A stretch of 64,000 nucleotides of DNA from positions 480,001-544,000 of the forward strand of contig CAVYES010000006.1 in NCBI GenBank assembly GCA_963767735.1, read 5' to 3'. Of this stretch, positions 10,786-20,169 are shown piece by piece (position 1 is the first letter of the stretch; every line of letters begins with the position of its first letter). Both the position numbers and the translations under genes were made by a program. The notes beneath the pieces are model-generated. The model had not been told where the DNA came from. It saw nothing but the letters and a program-made list of their open reading frames with translations, and did not search any database. This DNA is from Candidatus Bathyarchaeota archaeon (GTDB lineage Archaea > Thermoproteota > Bathyarchaeia > Bathyarchaeales > Bathycorpusculaceae).

Positions 10786-11530
10786 CTACTTCCACTTTGT
10801 TAGTATTTCCTCCCTTCGGAAAGTGGCTGTGCTAACATAGAACAGCGCCACATCAACCGCTAAAAGTATACCTGAGATTATAAGCAGGCTGTTTACGTCA
10901 AGAGTTATTATGCTTGTCTCACTGGCAAGGTATATGCCCAAGAGTGGAAAGAGGATAAAAATTCCAAAACTGTTAGCGCTGCGCACATCATTAACTCGCG
11001 ATGAAACAATGACGCTGAACAAAACACTCATAACAATGGCGACCGGCATCAGAACCAGGAGCAAAGTGGCGATGTTCCAGTTTGGAAAATAATAGTAGCC
11101 AAGCGTATGGAAAGTAACCTCATCAATGCCCACCATGAAGACTGCTGCAGCCGCATACATTGCTACTAAAGTTGGAATAATTGCGGAAATGGCTTTTCCA
11201 AGCAATATTTCTCCATCAGTAAGGGGCGTGGCTAGAAGCGGTTCCAGACTCTTCTCCACTTTCTCCCCCACTATACTGTAGGAGGCAATCCCTAAGGGAA
11301 CGTATGCTGCTCCTATAACTAAAAAGAAGGAAAAGGAGTTAAGCAAATTTGGAAGCACACCCGGCGCTGCGAGTCCATGGCTCCCCCTTACTGCTAAATA
11401 TTCCAGTATCACCGGAAACAGGACTGAGATAACAACTGGGAAAATAATAATTGAGGTACCAGACGTTTTTTACTCGCCTAAATATTTTGAAGTCCCTGGC
11501 TGCTATAATCCACGCCTTTGAGAGTCTCAT
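10786..11530 (-). CDS. ABC-2 type permease, 1-bp frameshift near 11459
   Basis: MRLSKAWIIAARDFK N-terminus; GEKVEKSLEPLLATPLTDGEILLGK. Confidence 0.85.
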
Positions 11531-11532
11531 AT

Positions 11533-12460
11533 TTATTTCCTCACAAGTTTTAGATAGGTATCTTCTAAAGTTGAGCCAACCACATTGATTGATCGGACAT
11601 GACCGCCCGCCAGCACTATAGCCTCTACAACAGGCGAATTTTCCTTGTCTGGGTCTTCCACGTCAAATGTTATCGTGTCGCCGCCGCTGGACAGGTTTTT
11701 GAGCGCCAGTTTTTTCAGTGCCCCCAAAACCGGCATCGTTCACTTGCTGTTCCAATCCGATAACTGTCTTCCTGCCGCTAACGGACCTTTCAAGTTCCTG
11801 CGGAGTACCAATTGCCCTAAGACTCGTATTCATTATTGCTACCCTGTCGCAGATTCTCTGCGCCTCGTCAAGGTTGTGAGTGTTTAGGAAGATTGTCTTC
11901 TTCTCTTTTTTTAGTTGAAGAATGAAATCTCGGACTGTTTTCGCAGCCTCAGGATCTAAATTTGCAGTAGGCTCGTCCATGAAAAGTACTTGTGGGTCAT
12001 GGATTAGGGCGCGGGCTATGGCGAGTTTTTGTTTCATGCCCTTGGAAAAGGTCCCTGCTAAAACGTTTCTCTTATCCCAAAGCCCTAACATCTCAAGAAA
12101 ACGTTTATTGTTCTCTTTCCTTTGAGCATCGGAGCAGTCGTATATTTTTCCGTAAAAGTCCAGGTTATCGTAAGCAGTAAGATGTTCAGATAATCCAACG
12201 TTATCAGGAACTAACCCGATGATTTTTCGGATTTTCAAAGCATCTTCTTTGTTGCCTATTTCGTAGTCGCCTATTTTGGCGCTTCCGCTCGTCTTTGATA
12301 TTAGGCAACAAAGCATTCTGACGGTGGTGGTTTTTCCTGCTCCGTTGGGTCCGAGGAAGCCGAAAACTTCGCCATCGTTAACATGTAGAGTGAGGTTGTC
12401 GACGGCTGTAAGATCCCCGAATTTTTTTGTTAGGTTTTCAGTATCAATCATTACGGTCAC
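11533..12460 (-). CDS. ABC exporter ATP-binding protein, 1-bp frameshift near 11731
   Basis: GPNGAGKTT, FSKGMKQK, MDEPTANLD; C-terminal TLEDTYLKLV in adjacent frame. Confidence 0.92.
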
Positions 12461-12711
12461 TGAACGCTTGCGTTATTTCCATGCGGTCTTTGAGTGACTC
12501 TGAATCATTTGTTATATAAGCTTTCAAGCGGGTTATGGCAGCTTTTTTTCTAACAAAGCTAACGGAAAAATTTCGTATAGTGCATTACAATATTATGGTA
12601 TACGCCAAATGAATTCTGCCTGCAGGTTTAACAGGGCTTATTGAATAATTATAGGCAGAAAATTAATATTGGGCGCCCGTGCAATGGTGTTAAGAAACGT
12701 TGGTGACGTAA

Positions 12712-12918
12712 TTGAGTTTTGGAACAAAAATCTTCAGTGGCGTTCAAGAAGTGTTTATTTTAGCGTTAATGGTTGTAACTATTTTTGGGCTTTTCTACGT
12801 TCCCATAAGTCTCATGTACAAGGTAGGCATGGCTGCAATTGTGTTCTCAGTAATCTTTTTAATGACGTTGGCAACCCAAATTCTAAGGCAACAAAAAGAA
12901 ACCAAGCCTACCGCCTAA
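12712..12918 (+). CDS. Small two-helix membrane protein
   Basis: Two hydrophobic stretches, basic tail, GGTGA upstream of TTG. Confidence 0.55.
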   Translation: MSFGTKIFSGVQEVFILALMVVTIFGLFYVPISLMYKVGMAAIVFSVIFLMTLATQILRQQKETKPTA

Positions 12919-12927
12919 ACTTACGCT

Positions 12928-12938
12928 TTTCACTTTCA
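12928..12938 (+). promoter_or_regulatory. TTTCACTTTCA box, candidate DNA-damage response element
   Basis: Exact 11-mer ~95 bp upstream of the RadA-like/PolB2 operon; TTTAAAA TATA-like box at ~12979. Confidence 0.6.
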
Positions 12939-13033
12939 CTCTACCCTCCCCTGTTTCGCAACGTCGTTTCTCCGATGCTTTAAAAAGAGTTAGAAGCGCA
13001 CTTGCTGCTCGTCAAGGAATAGGAGAGCAAAGT

Positions 13034-13753
13034 ATGTCTCAAAATTTAATTGTCAAACCTGCAATGGCTCAACCACTATTTTCTTTAAACATGCCAGGTG
13101 TAGACGAGCTTTTTCCAGGATTTGCACCAGGCGACTTCGCCGTGCTTTATGGGTCGCCATCAGTTATTTCATTAACTTCTCTGCTCTGCATAAGAGCGCA
13201 GTTGCCAGTTCAGCTTGGCGGCTTAGGAAGCAACGTTGTCTTTATTGACGGTGGAAACACGTTTAGGCTCTACAAAATCGCTCGTTTAGCTCAACTTCAC
13301 CAGCTAAACCCACGAGAAGTGCTTGAACGCATCTTTATTTCAAGAGCATTCACAGCTTACCAATTAACTTCTCTTATACTTGATAAACTGGAAGAAACCA
13401 TAAAACACTACGATGCCAAACTCGTGGTCATTTCAGACATAGCAGGATTCTTTTTAGATAATGACATTCCACATGAAGAGGCGCAGAGAGTCTACAGCCA
13501 AATCGTCAGTTACCTTTCAAGCTTTGCAAAAAAACACCAAATCATTCTAATCGCAACTTGCCTTCCCTACTCTGACAGCCGAAGAAACAGTTTACTTCAA
13601 GAAATAACCTGCTCAAAAGCAAACACGGTACTATCTTTTAGCAAAACAACCTACACGCGAGAAGTCACATTAGAGAAGCATCCATTTTTCGTTTTAGGCA
13701 CCGCCGAACTTCCCTCCGAAAACCTGACCTTAACCGACTTCATGGGCGCTTGA
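13034..13753 (+). CDS. Inactivated RadA/RecA-like protein (ImuA-like), PolB2-associated
   Basis: RecA-fold motifs VVFIDGGNTF, ISRAFTAYQL, LVVISDI; Walker A degenerate (LYGSPSVISLT). Confidence 0.8.
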   Translation: MSQNLIVKPAMAQPLFSLNMPGVDELFPGFAPGDFAVLYGSPSVISLTSLLCIRAQLPVQLGGLGSNVVFIDGGNTFRLYKIARLAQLHQLNPREVLERIFISRAFTAYQLTSLILDKLEETIKHYDAKLVVISDIAGFFLDNDIPHEEAQRVYSQIVSYLSSFAKKHQIILIATCLPYSDSRRNSLLQEITCSKANTVLSFSKTTYTREVTLEKHPFFVLGTAELPSENLTLTDFMGA

Positions 13754-13754
13754 C

Positions 13755-14027
13755 GTGGGTAAAACAGTTGAATCATACCGCATGGCAATTGAAGATGAAA
13801 TCCGCCGCTGGAACGGTTTCGCAAAAGCATTGCGCAAAGAAGACAGAGAAGCCTTCGACATACTGATGGATGCGTGCAGAAGCTACGCGTCGGCAGGAAG
13901 CAACGCTACTCAACCGTTACCTTTTGAACCAATGATTATGTCAATGCTGGTCTCACAGCAAATCCGTTTGCAGCGGCTGCAGAAGGAATTGGATGGCCTC
14001 AAGCAAAAGCAGCGCGGCGGTTCCTAA
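13755..14027 (+). CDS. Small alpha-helical PolB2 partner (arCOG07300-like)
   Basis: MGKTVESYR...W..FAKALRKEDREAFD pattern, directly upstream of polB2. Confidence 0.78.
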   Translation: MGKTVESYRMAIEDEIRRWNGFAKALRKEDREAFDILMDACRSYASAGSNATQPLPFEPMIMSMLVSQQIRLQRLQKELDGLKQKQRGGS

Positions 14028-16290
14028 TTGCGTTAAAGGATGGCTGCTTGATGTTTATCCCTCTGACCCCGGCAAAGTCGCAGTTTGGGTGATAAGCGAA
14101 AAAGGCGAAAGAATCAAGTTCACTGACACGTTTCAACCCAGCATTTACGTCTCGGGCAAACAAGACGATCTTGAACGTTTAATCAGCCGACTTTTTAACA
14201 ATCAAAAAATCGCTTCAGTAAAGTTCGTGCAAAAATACGTTCAAGCTACAGATACTGAAAAGTCAAGGGTGCTGGAATTAACTGTTAAGGATTGCAGGCA
14301 AATTCCTTCTTTAACGCTTGAAATTTTGCGACTTGGAGATTTCTTGCGTTATGAACTTCACAACTGTGATCTGCAGAATGACCGTTCATACTTTTTTAGC
14401 CGTGACTTGTTTCCGCTTGCACTTGTGGAGTTAAGAGTGGTAAAATCAGGTTTGGATTACACGCTTTTGGATTCGGTTGAAAGCACCGACTACGTTATTC
14501 CTAAACTGCAGGTAATCAAGCTTGACGTGCAAGTTGCTCAGCGGGGGATTATTGCTAATTTTGATGATGCAATCGATAAAATATGTTTAAGGCAAGAGGG
14601 CAAAGAAGATGTTGCCATTGATTACGGTGACGAAGCAACAAAGCTGCTGCAGCTTGTTTATGCAGTAAACGAGTTAGACCCTGACATAATCTTAACAAGC
14701 GCTGGCGACTCGTACCTTTTTCCCTACTTAATTTACAGAGCAACCGTAAACGATGTTTTAGAACAGTTCATTTTAAGCCGAGACAACAAGCCTTTTAAAA
14801 GCAAAACTTCAGCGGGCAACACCTACTTCTCCTATGGACGCACATTTTACAGGGCAGGCACCGTGCGGTTATACGGTAGAATACACATTGACGAAAACAA
14901 CACGTTCATCATAAAGGAAGCAGATTTTGAAGGCTTCATCGAGATAGCGCGAACCTGCCGAGTACCCCTTCACACGGCTGCCCGGTTCTCAATCGGCTCA
15001 AGCATGTCTTCTATGCAGATTTACCAAGCCATAAAAGATGACATTTTAGTGCCTCGAAACAAAAAGATTCCTGAAGCCTTCAAATCAGCCTTTGACTTGC
15101 TTGTGGGCGACCGCGGCGGCTTGGTTTTCGAGCCACGCCTAGGCGTCCATGATTCAGTGGGTGAATTAGATTTCTCTTCCATGTACCCGAGCCTGATGGC
15201 TAAATATAACATTTCGGCTGAAACAGTTCTTTGCAAATGCTGCCCCGATTCACCTATGAGAATGCCTGAGCTGAATTATCATATTTGTACAAAACGGGTT
15301 GGAATAGTACCTAAAACCATCGATTTAGCCTTAACCAAACGGCTGCATTATAAACGCCTAAGAGATGAAACAGGCAACAAACAGCTAAAGCAAGCGTACG
15401 ATATGCGTCAGACAGCGTTAAAATGGATTTTAGTCACATGCTTTGGCTACTTAGGCTTCAAAAACTCAAAATTCGGCACCGTTGACGGACACATAGGCGT
15501 TTGCGCTTTTGGCAGAGACGCTTTTCTTAAGGCAGCACACATTGCTGAAAATCAAGGTTTTGAGGTTGTTCACGGTATCGTCGATTCGTTGTGGCTCAAA
15601 AAGAAAAACGCACCCATAGAAGAATACACTGATTTATGCCGAGTAATCACGCAGGAGATAGGTGTTCCCATAAACTTTGAGGGGCGCTACAAATGGGTGG
15701 CTTTTCTGCCTTCCAAACTGCATCCCCGATTAAGTGTTTTAAACCGTTATTTGGGAGTTATGGAGAACAGTAAGGTTAAGATTAGGGGCTTAGAAGTGCG
15801 GCGTAGAGATACGCCAGGGTTTATTTTTGATGCCCAAACCGAAATGATCAACATATTAGCCTCAGCAGATAATTCATTGGAACTTCAACAGAAAATTCCT
15901 GAAGCATTAAACGTTTTAAAAATTTACAGGCAACGGTTACTTGACGGCGAAGTCCCCATTTCAGATTTGATTGTTACTAAGCATATGTCTAAACAACCGA
16001 AAAACTATAAACAGCATGTTAGCCAAGTTATCGTAGCCCGGCAATTAATTAAGCAAGGCGTGGAAGTTCATGCGGGCAATAACGTGAAATTTGTTTTCAC
16101 GCATTCTGAAGACAAACGATATGAGCGCAGAGTAAAAGCTATGCAGCTTATCGAGAAAGGCGTAACTCCAGACGCGAAAAAATACCTGCTGATGCTTTAT
16201 GTTTCAACCGCTAATCTGTTAAGCTTCTCAGGCTACACCACCAAAAAAGTGTACGACGCCGTCAAAGGGGAGCACCAAAAAACCCTTTAA
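13993..16290 (+). CDS. polB2: Family B DNA polymerase, PolB2 (Dpo2) group
   Basis: Motif A DFSSMYPS; motif B KWILVTCFGY; motif C HGIVDS instead of YGDTDS; KIRGLEVRRRD; exonuclease motifs eroded. Confidence 0.9.
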   Translation: MASSKSSAAVPNCVKGWLLDVYPSDPGKVAVWVISEKGERIKFTDTFQPSIYVSGKQDDLERLISRLFNNQKIASVKFVQKYVQATDTEKSRVLELTVKDCRQIPSLTLEILRLGDFLRYELHNCDLQNDRSYFFSRDLFPLALVELRVVKSGLDYTLLDSVESTDYVIPKLQVIKLDVQVAQRGIIANFDDAIDKICLRQEGKEDVAIDYGDEATKLLQLVYAVNELDPDIILTSAGDSYLFPYLIYRATVNDVLEQFILSRDNKPFKSKTSAGNTYFSYGRTFYRAGTVRLYGRIHIDENNTFIIKEADFEGFIEIARTCRVPLHTAARFSIGSSMSSMQIYQAIKDDILVPRNKKIPEAFKSAFDLLVGDRGGLVFEPRLGVHDSVGELDFSSMYPSLMAKYNISAETVLCKCCPDSPMRMPELNYHICTKRVGIVPKTIDLALTKRLHYKRLRDETGNKQLKQAYDMRQTALKWILVTCFGYLGFKNSKFGTVDGHIGVCAFGRDAFLKAAHIAENQGFEVVHGIVDSLWLKKKNAPIEEYTDLCRVITQEIGVPINFEGRYKWVAFLPSKLHPRLSVLNRYLGVMENSKVKIRGLEVRRRDTPGFIFDAQTEMINILASADNSLELQQKIPEALNVLKIYRQRLLDGEVPISDLIVTKHMSKQPKNYKQHVSQVIVARQLIKQGVEVHAGNNVKFVFTHSEDKRYERRVKAMQLIEKGVTPDAKKYLLMLYVSTANLLSFSGYTTKKVYDAVKGEHQKTL

Positions 16291-16292
16291 CA
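16255..16292 (+). repeat. 38-bp direct repeat copy 1 (3' end of polB2)
   Basis: GACGCCGTCAAAGGGGAGCACCAAAAAACCCTTTAACA; matches 17850-17887 with 1 mismatch. Confidence 0.92.
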
Positions 16293-16463
16293 AAAAATCT
16301 TGCCCAACTTGCATCCAAACACAAAATGGCGCCAGCGATGGACCAATGAGGCAGAGAAATGGCAAGATAAGATTCCTGAGGCAAAAGCTTTTTTGAAGAA
16401 CTTTGTAAGTAAAGAATACTTTATAAGATTATCCAGATATAGGATTATCCTGAGTAGAATAAT

Positions 16464-17828
16464 GTGAAGTTCTATGATAGACGGATTGAACTTAAGGCAT
16501 TAGACGTAGCTTGTTCCCAAAAAGGCGCAGAGATGATAGTAGTTAGTGGGCGCAGGCGAATTGGCAAGAGCAGGCTCATTAATGAATTTCTAAAAGAAAG
16601 AGACGCGGTCAAGATTCTGATAGTACCAAAAGAAGAGAAACAAGTAGCAGGCGATTTTGCAGTTGCCCTCGCTGATGGTTATACTCCTTCACTAAGTAAC
16701 GTGGAACAAGCTCTTGAATACTATTTCAACAACTCAAAGAAACAGATTCTCTACATAGATGAGTTTCCAAATCTTATCGAAGTGAACGCTTCAATACCAT
16801 ACGTCTTTCAAAGGATTTGGGAGAAATACAAGGAAACAAGTTCAAGAAAACTCATTTTTTCAGGCTCGTATGTTAGCATGATGAACAAGATATTTACTCA
16901 TCAGAAAGCACCCCTTTTCAACAGAGCAAGTTATCAGTTCATACTTCAACCATTAACATTAAGAGTTGTTTGGGAAATTCAAGAAGATCTAGGAGTGGAT
17001 GCCTTGGAAAAGATTAGAAACTACTGCATACTTGGAGGAGTGCCTTTCTATTACGAATTGCTTGAAAAAAGGGGAATTGCGAATCCTGTAAATGATCTCT
17101 TTTTTGACGTCGCCGCACCTCTCAAGGAAGAAGGGCAAAATGTACTCAGACAAGAATTTGGATTCTCCTATAAGAAATATTTCTCAATAATAGAAGCGAT
17201 AGGCGCAGGCGTTGTCACAGGCAGCGAAATAGCAAACAGACTTGGTGTGTCGCAGACAACGCTCTCTAAATATATAATTTCACTACAACAAGACTTTCAA
17301 CTTGTAGAGCGGAACGTGCCGTTTGGGCAAAACATCCACAGAAGCAAGAAAGGACTATACTCAATCAAAGATAACACCATCGCCTTCTGGTTCGCCCACG
17401 TTTATGGCAAGCCCGAACAACCCAATAAAGAGATGATTAACGAATTTGTCAGTAAGAGGTTCGAAATGTTTTGCAAGGACTTTTTTGCAGCATACTTAAA
17501 GGTCAAAGGTGAAAAAGTAATCAGAACGGGACGCTGGTGGGGGCAAGTGGAGGTTACGCCAAATAAGTTCGAAGAAAAAGAGATAGACTTCATTACAGAA
17601 ACAGAAAGCTGCATGTATTTTGCAGAGTGCAAATGGACAAACAAAAAAATAGGTCTAATGGGCCTCAACACCACTCTTGAAGAATCATCTAAAGCTATAA
17701 AAACCAAAAAAACTGTTAAGAAAGTGCTCTTTTCAAAATCGGGGTTCGACTTAAATGAAGCCAATGACGTTTTGCTGTTTAATCCTGAAAGGATAGAAAG
17801 TGAAATAAAAAGGCTGCATGGCGTGTGA
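16464..17828 (+). CDS. Archaeal AAA ATPase with wHTH and DUF234/PD-(D/E)XK C-terminus
   Basis: FYDRRIEL, GRRRIGKS, IDEFP, LGGVPFY, EIDF...ECKW. Confidence 0.88.
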   Translation: MKFYDRRIELKALDVACSQKGAEMIVVSGRRRIGKSRLINEFLKERDAVKILIVPKEEKQVAGDFAVALADGYTPSLSNVEQALEYYFNNSKKQILYIDEFPNLIEVNASIPYVFQRIWEKYKETSSRKLIFSGSYVSMMNKIFTHQKAPLFNRASYQFILQPLTLRVVWEIQEDLGVDALEKIRNYCILGGVPFYYELLEKRGIANPVNDLFFDVAAPLKEEGQNVLRQEFGFSYKKYFSIIEAIGAGVVTGSEIANRLGVSQTTLSKYIISLQQDFQLVERNVPFGQNIHRSKKGLYSIKDNTIAFWFAHVYGKPEQPNKEMINEFVSKRFEMFCKDFFAAYLKVKGEKVIRTGRWWGQVEVTPNKFEEKEIDFITETESCMYFAECKWTNKKIGLMGLNTTLEESSKAIKTKKTVKKVLFSKSGFDLNEANDVLLFNPERIESEIKRLHGV

Positions 17829-17849
17829 GATAAACCGTGCAAAACTCAG

Positions 17850-17887
17850 GATGCCGTCAAAGGGGAGCACCAAAAAACCCTTTAACA
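17850..17887 (+). repeat. 38-bp direct repeat copy 2
   Basis: GATGCCGTCAAAGGGGAGCACCAAAAAACCCTTTAACA. Confidence 0.92.
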
Positions 17888-18021
17888 GAAGAATCTTTTT
17901 GCTCCACCCAACTATTAGCTCGTTAAGTCTAAAGCTTGGGGAATCTATTATTTGTCATTAATAATGCATGCTAAACGTTCTCATCCATGAAACTATGAAA
18001 TTGAAGTAAGCGTTTTTCTTT

Positions 18022-18372
18022 TTATTCGGTCAAGTAATTGGCGTTGTTAATTGGTATTATGATGAATTGATTGGTGTGTGGGCTGCGTTTTTTGGTTTTT
18101 ATGAAGATTGGGGATTCTTGGGGTTTGAGCATTGCTGTAAGATTTATCCATGCTTGAGTGAATTTTTGTCCTTCCTTGGTCGTGATGAACTTTTTTGTGC
18201 TAGGTTGAAGTTCCAGAAGATTTGATACTTGAAGCTGCAGGAGATAGCTCTCAAGCAACTTGAAACTTGTGTTTGTGTTGCGTAAAATGCAGGTTTTTGC
18301 CTGAGGCATGCTACATAGTTCAAGAATGTCTTTTAAGACTTGTAGATGATTTCTTCTATTTTCAAAGATCAA
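18022..18372 (-). CDS. Winged-helix transcriptional regulator (HTH_45-like)
   Basis: RRNHLQVLKDIL...KTCILRNTN..YL..L...TTKEG pattern. Confidence 0.75.
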   Translation of the reverse strand: MIFENRRNHLQVLKDILELCSMPQAKTCILRNTNTSFKLLESYLLQLQVSNLLELQPSTKKFITTKEGQKFTQAWINLTAMLKPQESPIFIKTKKRSPHTNQFIIIPINNANYLTE

Positions 18373-18466
18373 ACTCTTTTCAAGCGCTATATAGCTTGTA
18401 TGGTATACATGCGGTAATATGCTTGAATGTACTCTTAAGCTTTATTTCGAAGTCTTAAGTGTTAAA

Positions 18467-18673
18467 TTATCTGCGTTTTAATGATTTCCAGGCAAAGAAC
18501 ATGACTGAGGAGACCAGAAATGCTGAGTCAAGCATGTTTGGGAAAGACGGGAAATAAACCCATTGATTAAAAAACGTAACGAATTTCAATGCAACACCGA
18601 TTGTCCCACACACAAAAGTTATCGTCATGCAATCGTTAAAGAGTTCACTTTTCTTGTTGTGAATTGTTTTCAT
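18467..18673 (-). CDS. Small membrane protein
   Basis: Two hydrophobic segments, basic C-terminus. Confidence 0.45.
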   Translation of the reverse strand: MKTIHNKKSELFNDCMTITFVCGTIGVALKFVTFFNQWVYFPSFPNMLDSAFLVSSVMFFAWKSLKRR

Positions 18674-18773
18674 GTTTCATCGTTGTACGCTTATACACTT
18701 TGTTTAATAATTAAATTATGAATTTCTACTAATTATTTGAAATAAGAAAATTTTTTGTTTAAGGCTGGGGTTG

Positions 18774-19424
18774 TTATGTTATTCTGGTTGCTGTTTCTAT
18801 GAGGAATCCTTTTTTGCCGATTGTGTATGGGATGCTTCTTGAAGGGACAAAGGTGCCTTTCATTTTCTTTACCATGATATCTCGATGTGTGGCATCTGAC
18901 GTCCATGTTGTATTGAATAATATTACGCCGTCGGCGAAGTGTTGCATTGCAGTTTCAGCTTTTGGGTCTTGCATCCCTTCAGTCAAGAGAAGTAAGTGGT
19001 ATTCTTCGCTGTCTTTGTTTTGACGTAACATTGCGGTGAGCAAGTTAATGGCTTCTCCGATTTTCCGGGTTAAGAGCACTTCGGAGAGTGAATCTATAAT
19101 AATTGTTCGATGCCCTCGCATTTCTTCAAGTACGGTTTCCACCAGATTATCGGCTTTTGCCAAGGTTTCAAACTTCCAGTTTCCTGTGGCTTCTAGCGGT
19201 GAGGTATCCCAGTTATAGGCGGCCATCTCTTCTTTCACGTTGTCGGAGGTAACATTTACAGTAAAGTATGTTACCCCAATCTGTTTTGCTCGCAAATAGG
19301 CGATTTGTCTAGCAAAGACTTCGTTTCCCGAGCCTGGCAAGCCTGTTAGAAGCAATATTTTAGGCGGTAGACCTCCAGTTAAGAATTCGTCGAGACCTGC
19401 GATTCCAGTTTTAACAAGTTTCAT
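18774..19424 (-). CDS. KaiC/RAD55-like single-domain ATPase with degenerate Walker A
   Basis: VKTGIAGLDEFLTGG, GLPGSGNE, IIIDSLS, FADGVI, VKKMKG. Confidence 0.85.
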   Translation of the reverse strand: MKLVKTGIAGLDEFLTGGLPPKILLLTGLPGSGNEVFARQIAYLRAKQIGVTYFTVNVTSDNVKEEMAAYNWDTSPLEATGNWKFETLAKADNLVETVLEEMRGHRTIIIDSLSEVLLTRKIGEAINLLTAMLRQNKDSEEYHLLLLTEGMQDPKAETAMQHFADGVILFNTTWTSDATHRDIMVKKMKGTFVPSRSIPYTIGKKGFLIETATRIT

Positions 19425-19571
19425 CTTTAGCTTCCTTCTTCATGTTTTCAATATTTTTGTCGAAACTTTTTTCAACCCGCCGCAAGAAAAAGCGGAAATA
19501 TGCTTTTCTCTAAACTTTTATCACAGTTAAATGTCAATGTTAACTCTATTAAGAAATGTTTCATTTTTAGC

Positions 19572-19616
19572 CTTATAAGAATTCGGGTGGAAGATTGTTC
19601 CTTACCGCTTTTTAAG
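19572..19616. promoter_or_regulatory. Divergent promoter with TGGAAGATTGTTCCT site between two TATA-like boxes
   Basis: CTTATAAG at 19572, site at 19588-19602, TTTTAAG at ~19610; site recurs at 26311 and 33034. Confidence 0.6.
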
Positions 19617-19658
19617 CAAGCGTCCGAGAGTTAGCTTAAGAAAGGAGAGCTTTCTAAG

Positions 19659-20111
19659 ATGAATTTTAGAAAAATTCGAAAAAATATTAAAGCGATTTCG
19701 CCAATAATTTCGGTGCTACTAATGATAGCCATCGCAGTCGTAGCCTCACTCGTAGTCTACGCATGGGTAATGGGATACATAGGATACCAAACCGGCAAAA
19801 CAGGAGACTCGGTAGTAATTCAAAGCGTTACTTTCACCGGCACACCAGGCACCTCGGGAACAGTTAATCTAGTATATCTACAAAATATTGGCAGTACAAC
19901 GATTAAGTTGCAAGCAGGTCAATGTTTGTACGTCGGTGGTGCGCTTGATACACTTGCCGGAGGAGCTCCAGCAACACTAGCTCCAGGCGCTACCGCAGTA
20001 ATTACAGCAACGCCAGCTCAGCAGACCGCATGGACCTCAGGCACAGAACTTACAATTAAAGTAACCACGGTAGGCGGAACATACAGTCAAGTAACTGAAC
20101 AGGTTCCTTGA
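19659..20111 (+). CDS. Archaeal type IV pilin (probable major pilin)
   Basis: Class III signal peptide KA|ISPIISVLLMIAIAV; C-terminal IKVTTVGG; T-rich terminator-like tract follows. Confidence 0.9.
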   Translation: MNFRKIRKNIKAISPIISVLLMIAIAVVASLVVYAWVMGYIGYQTGKTGDSVVIQSVTFTGTPGTSGTVNLVYLQNIGSTTIKLQAGQCLYVGGALDTLAGGAPATLAPGATAVITATPAQQTAWTSGTELTIKVTTVGGTYSQVTEQVP

Positions 20112-20169
20112 AAAAAGTGTTAAATCGCTTTTCATCTCTATCCTTTTTTCTTTTGAACTTTAAAAATAA

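Noticed and set aside
13993-16290. Replicative PolB or casposon/pipolin polymerase
   Set aside because: Motifs are PolB2-type; no cas1, terminal repeats or protein-priming features seen
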